Shown here piece after piece: positions 1 through 15,165 of a stretch of DNA of 64,000 nt; the first letter of the stretch is position 1, and the number at the start of each line of letters is the position of its first letter. Made by a program: the position numbers and the translations under genes. The DNA comes from the human T2T-CHM13v2.0 reference genome, Homo sapiens. The notes under the pieces were generated by a model. That model was not told where the DNA came from, did no database searches, and saw only the letters and a program-made list of their open reading frames with translations. The stretch covers positions 32,064,001 to 32,128,000 of the forward strand of contig CP068257.2 in the NCBI GenBank assembly GCA_009914755.4. Direction: 5' to 3'.

Positions 1-609
<609 letters not shown>

Positions 610-3416
610 TTTTTTTTTTCCCCATATGGCTTCTGAACATTGTTTATATTTATTGTCACACTAGGATCACTTAGTTTTGTACTTTTAGTAGTATCTATTG
701 CTTTATTTGTTATGTTGCCAATCGGCAGTTGTAAAGGTCGTAGATGAAATAGACAAGTATTTATAAGATTAATTTTATCTTACCCTTGTTCTCTTTTTCT
801 CTTCTTGAATTTCCTCCTTCAAATATATGAACTATTTACTTAACCAAACACTCTCTTTCTCTTCCCTCTCACCATGGCAAGAGTGAAAGGGACCAGAATG
901 ATGAAAGGTAGACAGTTGGCCTGAGGAAATAAGGTGCCTTGGCGATTCTCAGACTGGATAATCAGCTCCTGGGGAATCAGGCGCTGACTTTTTTTTTTTT
1001 CCTCCTGCTTTTACTCAGAGATCATCTTTTCATATTTTGGGATTTGTGCAGTCATTTCAATGATCTAAAAGTGAAGAGCTTGATAATAAGTTGATTTTAG
1101 TCCTACTGTCTTTTTGTGACGGATGTGCTAGATAAGCTTAATGTGAGTCATTCAAGAACCAAGCCCCTGTTTGAACCTGTCCATTGAGGGCCCTGTTTAT
1201 CAGAGGTTGAAGCATTTTTTAGCTAGCAGCTGATCTTGGGTAAGCAAGCCATTGTACAAGTTCCCCATGCCTAGTTGTTTTGCATCATTAATCATCTTTT
1301 CTTCAAGCCATGGAAACATGGCTGAGTCTTGAGTCATCTGGCTCTTCCCAGTGCTGGAAATCCACCCTGCTGAGGTGAATGTGTGAAATATTTTTTGTTC
1401 TCGGTAGAGATCTGAGAACTGGTTTGTCTCCTGCAATGAACAGATTGAATTCCTTATAAATATGTTACTAAAAGGTACCTTTTGTGTCCATTTTACAGAT
1501 ATCTGACATGATTATTTATTAAACTCCTTTAAATAACTCCTGTGCTTAATGCAGTTTCCAAATATTTGAAATACTAAATGTAGATTTAGGGAACTCAGTG
1601 ACCAGTTTTCATTTGCATTTTGATGAATTTCTCTATTTTAATATTTGTAGTTGCTATCCATTTTAGAAATATCCACTCTGCCAAGTAGGTTGGGAATGTG
1701 TGCAAGAATGACAGCTTAAATAATGTGCTTGTTTGCTATTGAAGCCGATGCCCCTAAGTAAAGCTACCAGATAAAGAGAGGAAAGGGGGAAAAAAGGAGG
1801 AGAATGAAGCCACCGTGTAACATCTGTTAGAGACTCAATGTGAGCCCTGTGAGTTAGTCTTCATTTCCCATGCTATGTTTTATTTTTATTTTTCCTGTTC
1901 CATTAAAGCATTTCGGTTAATTCTGTATAAGTAGAATGCTGATAACTCCTTAGAGAAATGTGATTCAGTAATAACCTTGTTTCCATGTGACTACTTATCT
2001 AATCTGCCATGCATCTGCTTTAAGGAAGGTGTCCATTAGGGTCAACTCACAGGTCAGACATTAATCTTAATTGTCAAATGTCTCAACTCATTGCTAGAGA
2101 CTAAATTGATCTTGATGGCACTCATCTGAGTACCGATTCACACTAAAAGACAGTCAAGGGGTTGTTTTCCTTTGTGTGTTGTAATTCTTAGCAGGATCCT
2201 AAAAATGAAAGTTTTAAAATGTGGAATAGCATGATTAATGAGGACATTTATTAAGGTTAAAGCAGTTTAAAAGTTCAGTTTAATCTAAGGTTAGCTTGTA
2301 GGAACTGATATAAGAGATAGTTAAAAATTTGTTAAGCTTTACTTAAAACCTGTATTTGGGGGTAGAAACAGTTTTCCTAGGGTACTTATAATTTCCTTTA
2401 ATTATCTCAGAAAGAGGGTCTCTTATTAGGATGAGGGAAAAAAATGACCCGTCATTCTTTTAAATCAGGTTTAATTTATTCCTGATATTTATATGATTCT
2501 TATATGTCATGTAATTCTTATGACATATAAGAGAGAAAACATTAATCTAGAGTAGGTAATTTCCTAGTTCAGCTTCTTCCACTTGTGTGAACTACAGAAG
2601 AACTGAAGAGTAATTGTAATTGTTTTATAACTTTAAAGAATTTAAGAGATTAAATTGCTGTCCTTGTGAATTCTTTGTTAAGTAACTCTCAAAGAAATAG
2701 TCAAGTTAAAGGGGATTTACTTTCTAAAACTAGCTTTCTTTTCTTTCTGTCTAACCTTTTATTATGAAAAATTTCAACATCTACAAAAGAAAGGAGAGTA
2801 GTATCATTACCCAGCTACAGTCACTGTTAACTCTCAGCTAATCTTGTCTCCATCCTGCCACCCTCCACTCCAGATTATTTTGAAGCAAATTCTAGACATC
2901 ACTTCCTTTTATTAAAGCAAGTTGCGTTTCATAGTGACAATAGAAACCATTTACTCTTGGCACAGGTGCTAAGGTCTGAATACAACTTTAAGGAGACAGT
3001 GTCTGCATTGAAGAGCTTATGTTTTAAGAAAGGAGTTTATGTTTTCACTGGATATACTCGGCGTTCAGGGAATCAGAGACTTTCTTCAAGTTTCCCTTGT
3101 CTTTTAAATAGGGACGTATTTGCAAGTTCTTATCTGTTTGGAAATTCCTGTAGCAAGTTCAGGTTTAGTCATTCTGTACTGCTTTGGTGGTGCCTTATCT
3201 AAATAGTATTGAAAGGAAGAAAGAATTATTTCACCAAGAGTTGGCCTTGAAAGGAGTTAGATGTATTGGGTATATTTAGGAAGTACCCCTTCAACGCTGT
3301 AATAATATACCAACTTTTAAAGCTACCTCATAATAGCTCTTAAAAACACATTTAAAACACTTAGAGGTGATCCTTTTTCCTAGCCATCAGTGGGACAAAT
3401 TAATTCCTTTTTGAGT

Positions 3417-3438
3417 AAAAAAAAAAAAAAAAAAAAAA
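3417..3438. repeat. A22 homopolymer not attached to an Alu
   Basis: gagtaaaaaaaaaaaaaaaaaaaaaattctc. Confidence 0.9.
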
Positions 3439-4847
3439 TTCTCTTTTTTTAGTACTCAAGATCAGCAAGTATTGGTTGACTCATTCTTTGTTGTTAAACC
3501 TCTTGGTTTCTCAGGCCAGTGTGTCTTTTTGTATACTTTGACCTTGCACTTTAAACTGAATTCCTTTTGTCCTTTGAGGGAGGCATAAAGCTGTCAGTTC
3601 CTGTTGGTGAGTGTGGGAAATTGAGTTTTCACTCTTCTCTATAATTTCTGCATTTCAAGTGGTTTTAATAATAATCATAACTATTTCTCAATTTTACTTC
3701 TTAAAAAAGTAGATTCATCAGACTGAATTGAATATTTGTTTTCCTTCTAAAGCTGAAGCCAATTTTGCCATACTTGTTTGTGCATTCTTAAGAGTTTAGT
3801 ACTTAAGCATAGAAAACTGTGGGGTTCACATTTATATTTTGCTTTATTACAACTTAGAAGGTAATTGATGACTTGGCTCTGTGGTATGCTCAAAGTGCTG
3901 GACTGAGCTAGTTCAAGAATGTCATTAGCAGTGAATGGGAAATATGTGTCTACTTTTCTTCAGTAGCTAAACAGAAGTAATTATATATTTACATTCTACC
4001 TATTTCATAGGGATGTTGTTAGAATTACTGTGATTAGTTTTTTTTTTTTAATTTCCAAATGTATTTAAGCTTCTTTACAGATAGGTGCCATATCAAAGCA
4101 AGGTGTTAATGTCATTTTTCTCAATTTGTGTTTTTGTCACTAGAAATATATATATATTGCTTTTTCTCTTTTCCTGGTATATTTTTCTGATAAATGTTTT
4201 GAAATTTGTTATCTTAAGTTTTTCATAGCTGGAATGCTAGAAAAGCATTTATGTCCTATTTTTAGTGCAAGTGATGAGTCTGGCTGGGTGGGTAAGTTAA
4301 TGGCAAGGTAATTGAACTGTGCTGAGTGCTCGCCGATGTATCCTTCTGGCCTCTCCATTTTCAGGGTAGAGTTACTGTTTACAGTGACATGTTTCACAGT
4401 CTGTGTGACCAGCCAGTGTGAATCAGTTCGTCTATTGCCTGGCTTTCTTGAGCTCAATTTTTGTCTCATTTCCCCTTTCCATTTTATATATCACATTTCA
4501 AGATGGATGATCTACTTGTCTAACCACTCCAGGGAAGATTGGTGCCATCTAATAAAGTCAAAATGAGGTCCTGCATGTTACCTGGCATAAATTAGAGAAT
4601 TATAGAATGAATGTGTGAACAGATCTGAGACTAGAGCTAGGTCACGAAACTCCTCAGTTTTTTTGGGTTCTCATTATGTGTTTATGGATGGAATTGTTCT
4701 CTTTATCTGGTTTGGGTGGTTTTGTTTGTCAGTGGCCAATGTGGTGGATATTTCAACACAATTTGGACATGCTTCCTATATATTTTGCAGAATGGTCTTT
4801 TTCTTTTGGTTAACTTTATAACTAATAGTTAAAGAATTTTCAAGCCT

Positions 4848-5219
<372 letters not shown>

Positions 5220-6591
5220 GAATTTTCAAGCCACATTAGGATGCTTATCGGCATGAGTTTTACATAATAAGACAATCTGAAATGTATTTGAGTTTTGATG
5301 TTTCTAATCTGTAGAACTTGAAGGCCTAAGGATTTTGTAGTTTTTTAGGGAACAGCATTCCTCTTTCTCTCAGGTGATCTATGTTATGTTGACCTACTCA
5401 AACATGTTAACTTTGAAAATGAACCAACGTTCAGGAACAAATGAAATGACATTTTCAGGACAGCATTCCAAATACATAGTTAGGGACAGTTGTTCGTAGC
5501 TTCTGGAGTGTTTGAAAATGGCCCTCATATCATACAACTTGAATTGGCATTCATTGACAATCACTTTGCTTTTAAAAGATGCTTAACAAAGAGTTGTAAG
5601 TAACATACTTTGAGACTGAGTAAATAAAATAAACATGCGAACCTTTGATGTTAAGCTGAGTTTGTTTGATTTTTCAGGCTGAATATACAAAGACTGTTTC
5701 TAGGAAAACTTGTGCTTTGTACAGATAGAGGAACCTCCTAAGAATTTTGATTGTGGCTTCCAAAATAGCAGATTTCTAGAATATGATTACCTACTTTATC
5801 TAAGATTTCAAAAAGCTGCTTTGTCTATTTTATGATATAAAGTTTTCAAAAAATCATCACTGTTTTGTTTGCCTTTTTTTTTTTTCTTGAAAAGGCATGT
5901 GTTTAAGCATCAGCCTTATTAGCTGGACTGTTATTTCATGTATTTCTGTTAGAACGCTGGATAATGGACTTGAAACTTACATGGCTAATATAATACCATG
6001 AAGTTTAGGAAACTAAGGGCTCATTTCTGTTGTATTCCTTGGAACGTATGTGGGTTCAAGATCAAAATCATTATTTCTTCTTTGTTTTGGTATTTGTCTC
6101 TTTCGGGAATTAAAATTTGTTCCCAAACATTCGTAGGACTACACTGTAGCAGGAATCTGAATAGAAAACACTCCTTGTTTAGTTCTGAGTTTATGTGGAT
6201 GAGGACTAAGTGACCATTGAAGGTGGAAGGGTGATCACAGAGATTACTCAGAACTTAATTTATTAATTCTAAAATGCGTTCATTGAATACACATGGTTTG
6301 TGTGCTTTTTATGGGCCAAACCATGTAACAGAGGCTGGGAATGCAGTTCTTGCTCTCAGGGGAATGTAGTCTTGTCTGAGAAACAGACAATGAACATCAG
6401 TTTCCAATAGATCTAGTTGTAGGCTTAGAGCATGCAGAGGGAACAACAGAAAAAATCCACTGAGACCATTCTGGGGTCCAAATAGGACCCATGGCCCAAG
6501 TTTAGAATGGCAAGAAAGAGGAAAGACAGAGGGAGCTTGGGCAGTGTTCTGCAAAGGATAAATTCAGTTCTCTAAGAATAGTTCACTAGTC

Positions 6592-6903
6592 CTTTTTTTT
6601 TTCTTTTTTTTTTTGAGATGGAGTTTCGCTCCTGTCACCCAGGCTGGAGTGCAGTGGTGCAGTGGTGCAGTGGCACGATCTCGGTGCACTGCACCCTCTG
6701 CCTCCCAGGTTCAAGCAATTCTCCTGTCTTAGCCTCCTGAGTCACTGGAATTACAAGCACGCCCGGCTAATTTTGGTATTTTTAGTAGAGATGGGGTTTC
6801 ACCGTCTTGGCTAGGCTGGTCTTGAACACCTGACCTCAGGTGATCCACCCACCTCGGCCTCCCAAAGTGCTGGGATTACAGGCATGAGCCATTGTGCCTG
6901 GCC
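6592..6903 (-). mobile_element. Alu, antisense
   Basis: poly-T, GAGATGGAGTTTCGCTCCTGTCACCCAGGCTGGAGTGCAGTGG (with GTGCAGTG duplication) ... GAGCCATTGTGCCTGGCC. Confidence 0.9.
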
Positions 6904-7184
6904 TGGTCACTTGCTCATAGTTATTAATCTGAAGAAGTTCTACAGTAAATCAAATGTTCAGGATTGCCTAATGTTGACTTACTGATTTAGAATATCATTC
7001 TCTTGGTATGCTTCTATAAACTACCAGTGCTCAATTTTTCTTTTCAATTTTGAACTTGTTGATGGACAGTGTCTACAGTCTCTTGACAGTTATGTAATTT
7101 GTGTCTATTTAGGTTTAAGCTGTCACCTTCCCAAATGCGGCATCTGTGTAGCCCCAGAGGGAGCATTCTAAAAGGTAAATCTGA

Positions 7185-7476
7185 GCCTGGCGCAGTGGCC
7201 CAGGCCTGTAATCCCAGCACTTTTTGGGAGCTGAGGTGGGAGGATCACTTGAGTCCAGGAGTTTTAGACCAGCCTGGTAGCAAGACCCTGTCTCTACAAA
7301 AAATAACAATAAATAAAATTAACAGGCACAGTGATGTATACCTCTAGTCCTAGCTACCGTAGAGGCTAACATGGGAGGATTGCTTGCACTCAGGAGTTCG
7401 AGGCTACAGTGAGCTATGATCGCACCACTGTACTCCAGCCTGGTAGCAAGGGCCTATCTCTAAAGAATAAAAAATA
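7185..7476 (+). mobile_element. Alu, sense; first of a 5-member same-orientation array
   Basis: GCCTGGCGCAGTGGCCCAGGCCTGTAATCCCAGCAC... an older, diverged copy. Confidence 0.85.
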
Positions 7477-7478
7477 GA

Positions 7479-8628
<1,150 letters not shown>

Positions 8629-10557
8629 TTAAAAAAAAAAAAAAAAAGACCCATTTCTGCCGAAAATCTTTCAGTGACTCCATCACCCCAATGGGCCATG
8701 GGCAAGTCCTGTTTCCACTCTCACATCCTTGCCTTTGGGATTGTTTTCATTCCTGCTGAGTATTTACCCTCACCTGGAAAGCAGCTGTGTGAACTTCTCT
8801 TCATCCTTCGTAGGCTGGTGGCCTTTCTTCCATGCTCAGTTAATCAGTTTCTCTTCTCTGCTTCCTTTGTTCTTTGGCCTGCTCTGCGGTGTTGTATGAA
8901 ACACACTGTGCCAGAATTGTTTGTTTACTTTCTGTTCCTGTTCTAAATATGAGCTCTTTGAGGCAGGACCTGTGTCTTTCTTTGGACCTTTACGTTTGTC
9001 GCAGTAACTGTCATATAATAAACAGTCAATACTTGATTTAAGCTGAGCAATGTAACACTTAAACATTAATTTTGTTACATTTACTGGATTATAATGGTGA
9101 CTGAAAAAAACATTTTTAAGTTTTTTACTCCACCTGGGACAATTCTAACTAAGTGTTTTACTTATGTTAAAACTCATTTAATTATCTTTGTTAAAGAATT
9201 ACTCTGATGCTTGTTAAAATAGTTAGGAAGACTTTATTCAAGACTATTGCAATGGCGGGGAGAGATCCAGCTCAATTCTGAATCCAGCAAGGACAAATAG
9301 AGAATTACAGTCAAGTAGCAGAATATGGTCAGTGAATGGTAAATTGCTAAGTGGAGACATCAAGGTCAGTAGATCTTATAAAACTGGCTTAGTCTGCTTG
9401 GGCTACTGTAACAAACTACTATAGACTAGATGCCTTAAGCAATCGAAATTTATTTCTTATAGTTCTGGAGGCTAAGTCTCAGATCAAGATGCCGACAGAT
9501 TTAGTTCCTGGTGAGGGCCCTCTTTGTGGTGTGCAGACAGTCACCTTCCTGCTGGCAGAAGGAGAGATCATCTCTCTGATGTCTGTTCTTATAAGGGTAC
9601 CAATCCCATTCATGAAGGCTCCACTCTCATGATTTTAATTACCTCCCAAAGGCTCGCTTTCCAAATACCATGACCTTGGGGATAAGTGCTTCAGTGTATG
9701 TATTTTGAGAGGACACATTTGGTCCATGGCACTGACCTAACAAGATTGTTGCCGAAGGCAGGCCTAGAATGTATACATCAAAGGTGGGGGTGAGGAATTT
9801 GATCAAATATCAAAGGTGATCAGATATCTCAGATGGGGGTGATTCTCACTAAACTGACTTAGCAGGATTGTTTGTAAAACTGAGTTAGGTAGGCTGAAGA
9901 CAGGAGGGGACTGGAGGAGGTTGCGGCTTCGTTGAGGAGGGCTCAGAGAAGCCTGAGTTTGGTCAAGGAGAGGGTCTTTGTCACTGTTAGGAGCCTTTTA
10001 ACTTAGGTGCTAATTATACTAGCATTTTATAGACAAAGAATCTGAAGCTTAGAAAGAGGCTAAGCAACTCACGAGGTCCGTACCAGTAAGCACCCTACCT
10101 GGATTCTAGCTGGCGTGCTTTCTGTTCCATAACTTTAAAGCATTGATCATCTGGACCCTGCCTGTGATGGCTCAATTTGCTTTTGCTAACCTGCTGTGAG
10201 AATCAGTGGAAGTTTGCCTCTGCTTTAAAATTACTCATGGTCTTGCTGCCCTTAGTGCTGTCAATCCTGTGATTTCCACTGGAGCAACATACTCAGGTTA
10301 CAACACTGGGTAACATTTACATTTTAGCAGCTTTCTTGAAATTTAAAATATATGTGTAAGTATCTCATTTATATGCATTTCTAGTTTCTTTATACAACAG
10401 AATAACTTCTTTTACATCAAATTTCTGAATTTGACTAAATTTAGAAATAATGGAATCTCATCCATTAAATATAGTCATAGAAGGAAGGAAATATGAAAAT
10501 TAGGATTTCAGATGTTTGAACATAAAAGATAATTTTAAACATTGTCAGTAATCTATT

Positions 10558-10878
10558 TCTTTTTTTTTTTCGAGACGGAGTTTTGCTCTGTCACCCAGGC
10601 TGGAGTGCAGTGGCACGATCTTGGCTTACTGCACCCTCTGCCTCCCAGTTCAAGTGATTCTCCTGCCTCAACCTCCTGAGTAGCTGGGATTACAGGGGCA
10701 TGCCAACATGCCGGGCTAATTTTTGCATGCCACCATGCCAGGCTGATTTTTGTATTTGTAGTGGAAATGGGGTTTCGCCATATTGGCCAGGCTGGTCTTG
10801 AACTCCTGACCTCATGTGATCCGCCCACCTCGCCTCCCGAAGTGCTGGGATTATAGGCATGAGCCACCGCGCCCAGCC
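10558..10878 (-). mobile_element. Alu, antisense, with TSD
   Basis: poly-T CGAGACGGAGTTTTGCTCTGTCACCC ... GAGCCACCGCGCCCAGCC. Flanking direct repeat cagtaa(a)atctatttct at 10548..10560 and 10879..10895. Confidence 0.9.
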
Positions 10879-11083
10879 CAGTAAAATCTATTTCTATGAA
10901 AAGCTCTTCAAATGTAGGTGAACGCTGTAAGCTTTATGAATCAACTGTTTTCTAAATGGTAATACATGAAATCTGACAATTTTTTATGTGATTTTATTCA
11001 ATTTTCTAAGAAAAGTAAAAAATCAGATACATAGCCGCTCTTCTCTTGGGACTAGTCTTGATACCTTTTGTATTTTTATATAG

Positions 11084-11455
<372 letters not shown>

Positions 11456-11815
11456 TAGCCTGCAATGCTGTTCCCACTTGTGTCTATATAGCACTCCTAA
11501 TTTAAATCATACACACTGCTATTCTGCAGTGATTTCTTACTCTTTCAGTCAGGGTTGGTAGCTTTTTTCTCTGGGCTTTCACAGTCCTGTGGAAGGGCAC
11601 AGGGTTATCTTATCTGATACAATGTGTACGAAAGGAGTAACTGTATCATAGTAAAAGTTTTATATATAAGTGAAAATATTTACAACACTTTATCCAGCTT
11701 ACAAGTTTTTGATATATTTTGTTTCTGTGTCTTAAACACAATGGACAAATACCTCATATAAAGTTTTATATTTTTAATTGTCATATATTTCATTATATGG
11801 ATATATCTTTTTTGG

Positions 11816-12110
11816 AGACAGAGTCTTGCTCTTTTGCTCAGGCTGGAGTGCAATAGCACGATCGTAGCTCACTGCAGCCTCCAATTCCTGGGCTCAAGCG
11901 ATCCTTCCACCTCAGCCTCCCAAGTAGCTGGAACTACAGGCATGTGCTCCCATACCTAGCTAATGTTTTGGTCTTATTTTTGTTACTTATTTATTTATTT
12001 TTAAACACTTTGTTGCTTAGGCTAGTGTCAAACTCCTGGGCTCAAGGAATCCTCCCAAACTTTGGCTACCCAAAGTGCTGGGATTACAGATGTGAACCAC
12101 CATGCCTGGC
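11816..12110 (-). mobile_element. Alu (older, J-like), antisense
   Basis: TTTTTTGGAGACAGAGTCTTGCTCTTTTGCTCAGGCTGG ... GGGATTACAGATGTGAACCACCATGCCTGGC. Confidence 0.85.
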
Positions 12111-12296
12111 TGGATGTTTCATAATTTACCTAACTGTTCCTATGCTATTGAACAGTTAAGATTATTTAAGTTTTTAATTGTTAAAAATAAAGTCATGGTG
12201 AATGCCTTTGGACATATATCTTTGTATTTTGGATTATTTTCTTATGGCAGATTTGCAGGAGTTTTGTTATTGGGTAAAATGGAAAGAACATTTTTC

Positions 12297-12897
12297 CTTT
12301 ATTTTTTAAGAGACAGGGTCTGGCCAGGCGCTGTGGCTCACACCTGTAATCCCAGCACTTTGGGAGGCCGAGGCGGGCAGATCACCTGAGGTCAGGAGTT
12401 CAAAACCAGCCTGGCCAACATGGCGAAACCCCGTCTCTACTAAAAATACAAAAATTAGCCAGGCGTGGTGGTGGGTGCCTGTAATCCCAGCGACTTGGGA
12501 GGCTGACAGGAGAATTACTTGAACCTGGGAGGCGGAGATTGCAGTGAGCCGATATCACACCACTGCACTCCAGCCTGGGAGACAGAGCAAGAGTGTCTCA
12601 AAAAAAACAAAAAACAAAAAACAGACAGGGTCTTTCACTCAGGCTGCAATGCAGTGGTGCAATCATGGTTCTCTGCAGCCTCCAACTCCTAGGCTCCATC
12701 AATCCTGCCTGAGCAGTTCCTAGGACTGCAGGTGCGTGCCATCATGCCCAGCTGATTTCTGTATTTGTTTTTTTTATTTGTAGAGATGAGGTCTTACCAT
12801 CTTTCCCAGCTGGTCTCAGACTTCTGGCCTCAAGCAGTCCTCCTGCCTTGGCCTCCCAAAATGCTGGGATTACAGGCGTGAGCCACCGTGCCCGGCC
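12297..12897 (-). mobile_element. Older Alu, antisense, split into 12297..12321 and 12623..12897 by the nested sense Alu
   Basis: ttattttttaagagacagggtct | ttcactcaggctgcaatgcagtggtgc ... GAGCCACCGTGCCCGGCC. Confidence 0.85.
12322..12622 (+). mobile_element. Alu, sense, inserted inside an older antisense Alu; 11-bp TSD agacagggtct
   Basis: GGCCAGGCGCTGTGGCTCACACCTG ... A-rich tail caaaaaacaaaaaac. agacagggtct occurs at 12311..12321 and 12623..12633. Confidence 0.9.
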
Positions 12898-14867
12898 ACT
12901 TTTTTCTACTCTTGATATACTTACCTATGATACGCTTTCCAAAGGAGTTGTAACAGTTTGCCCTCCCACCAGTGGTGTGAGAGAGGGTCTCTTTGCTCTA
13001 ACAGTATTAATATCAGATATCTGTATTAAACTTATTTATTTTGAGGCCTTACCTCTTTCCTTGTGGTAAACTTTCTGAACTAGGTTGACCTAAAGTAAAC
13101 TGGTTTAGATTCCCAAATAAAATTGACAAAAACTTTATAAGATCCATTTTAAAAGTTGGAGTGTCAAGGAAATAGGAAAAGCTTTGTTAGAGAGGGAAAT
13201 GTTATTCAGTGAAGTACATATTGAATGTGTGAACTTTTCTTCAGTAACAGTTGTTATCTTTTAAAAATCTTCTCCATGGTATTTGGAATTTTAAAGCTTA
13301 ATACCTCTGCTGGATTTTGCAAGCGTGAAACTAAAACACAGTGAAATTTGAATGTGCAAACATACATAAACTGGAATTGTGAATAAATTAGATTATAAAC
13401 CAAACACATTTTGAGTATAAGTGGGCCTTTAGAAAGTTTTTTATATTATGGGTAGAAGGTGAACCTTTCTAAAGAAAATAAGAAATTGAGGAAATCTAGG
13501 ATTTTCTTCTTTTTATTTTGGATCTCAGTGTGTTTGTGATTTTTAACAGAAACGTTCTTTTCTGTACTTTAATGGTGCAGCCAGATCCATGTAAAGAAAA
13601 GGAGTGAAATCCCCAGGAAAGATGACCAGCAGCAGGATTCTTTTCAGCTTTTCTCCCTTTCCTCAGGCTTGAATATATTTCAGTGCACCTCAATCAAGTG
13701 AAGTGAGATTAAATATTTGAGTCATCTGTCTGTTGCCTTCTAAAATGGTCTGGCTTTCTGTTGGCTGCAGTCTATTTAGTGTTTTAGTGATGCTAATGTT
13801 ATTGAATGGTTTTTAGTTCTAAAACTTCTAGTAGTGATAAATCTTGTGCATAGAAGTCCCCTAGGTCACTTAGCAGAGCGCAGTTGGTTTTTGTTAGTGA
13901 CTGCATTGTCCTTTGCTCTCATTCGTGATACCCAGTGACTTTTCATTGATGTTGCAGTAAGGCTTTTTTTTTGTTGTTGGACTTCTCCCATTCTTTACAC
14001 ATTGGTAAATAATCTTCAGCTGTAGCAGGAGGTAGCCAGCATCTATGTGTGGATCAGATTTATCAATATGTACCTGTGCAGATTGCCTTTATCTCCTGAT
14101 TGGGCAAATACTTAACAGTCCTTAGCAGTCTCTCCATTGAGTTTTCCACCAACTCTAACTGGCAAAAGGACTCAGTTGTATTGGACAGGAAAATCTTATT
14201 GTCTTTGCTGTCCATTGTGGCACTAAAGCTGTGAAGATGTCATACATGTGAAGTATTCACTGGATTCTCAGTTACTTACTCGTTATCAAGGCTTACATGT
14301 AGCCAATTTAATTTTGATGAATATGTTTAAATGTAGGGCATTTTATAATTACTGGCTCATGGTTTTTTATACAGTATGTGCATATTTCATTTCTTTTACT
14401 ACCGTCTTTCAGCCCATATTTAATTCATCCATTTGCAGCTGTTGCACTGTTTTGTTGAAACTGGCTTAAAAATCTGGCAGGAGGCTTCCCTACTTTCTTG
14501 CCCTTTTCGGTGTTATGGTGTTATTTTACACAGTTAGTACTTTCTATGTAGTTTCTTCTTTCCTAAAGCTGAAGGGCCATATCTCTCAAACTTTTCTCTG
14601 CTTACCTTTAACCACTGTTCGTGCCGATGAGCTGATAATACCAGGCTTGGTTGCTGGCTGTATTTAGAGGTATACAATTTAAATACCCAGAGATAAAGGT
14701 GACAGTAGTAAATTAGTGCACTGTATTGTCTTAAGACTAAGTGTGATTTCAGTTCTTATGCTACAACATGGAAGTTTATTTTAATGTTTTCCTTTATGTA
14801 TGGGCTTTGCAATGGTTGAAACTTGAGTTTTTATTTGGAAGTTTTGGAAGACAACTTTTAGATTGTC

Positions 14868-15165
14868 TCTTTTTTTTTTTTTTGAGACGGATTCTCACTC
14901 TGTCGCCCAAGTTGGAGTGCAGAGGCGTGATCTCGGCTCACTGCAACCTCTAGCTCCCGAGTTGAAGCGATTCTCCTGCCTCAGCCTCCCGAGGCATACA
15001 CGACCACACCTGGCTAATTTTTTTTTTTTTTTTTTTTGTATTTTTAGTAGAGATGGGCTTTCACCATATTGGCCCGGCTGGTCTCAAACTCCTAACCTCA
15101 GGTGATCTGCCTGCCTCGGTTTCCCAAAGCACTGAGATTACAGGTGTGAGCCACTGTGCCTAGCC
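14868..15165 (-). mobile_element. Alu, antisense, TSD tagatt(g/a)tctct
   Basis: poly-T GAGACGGATTCTCACTCTGTCGCCCAAG ... GAGCCACTGTGCCTAGCC. Flanking direct repeats. Confidence 0.9.
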
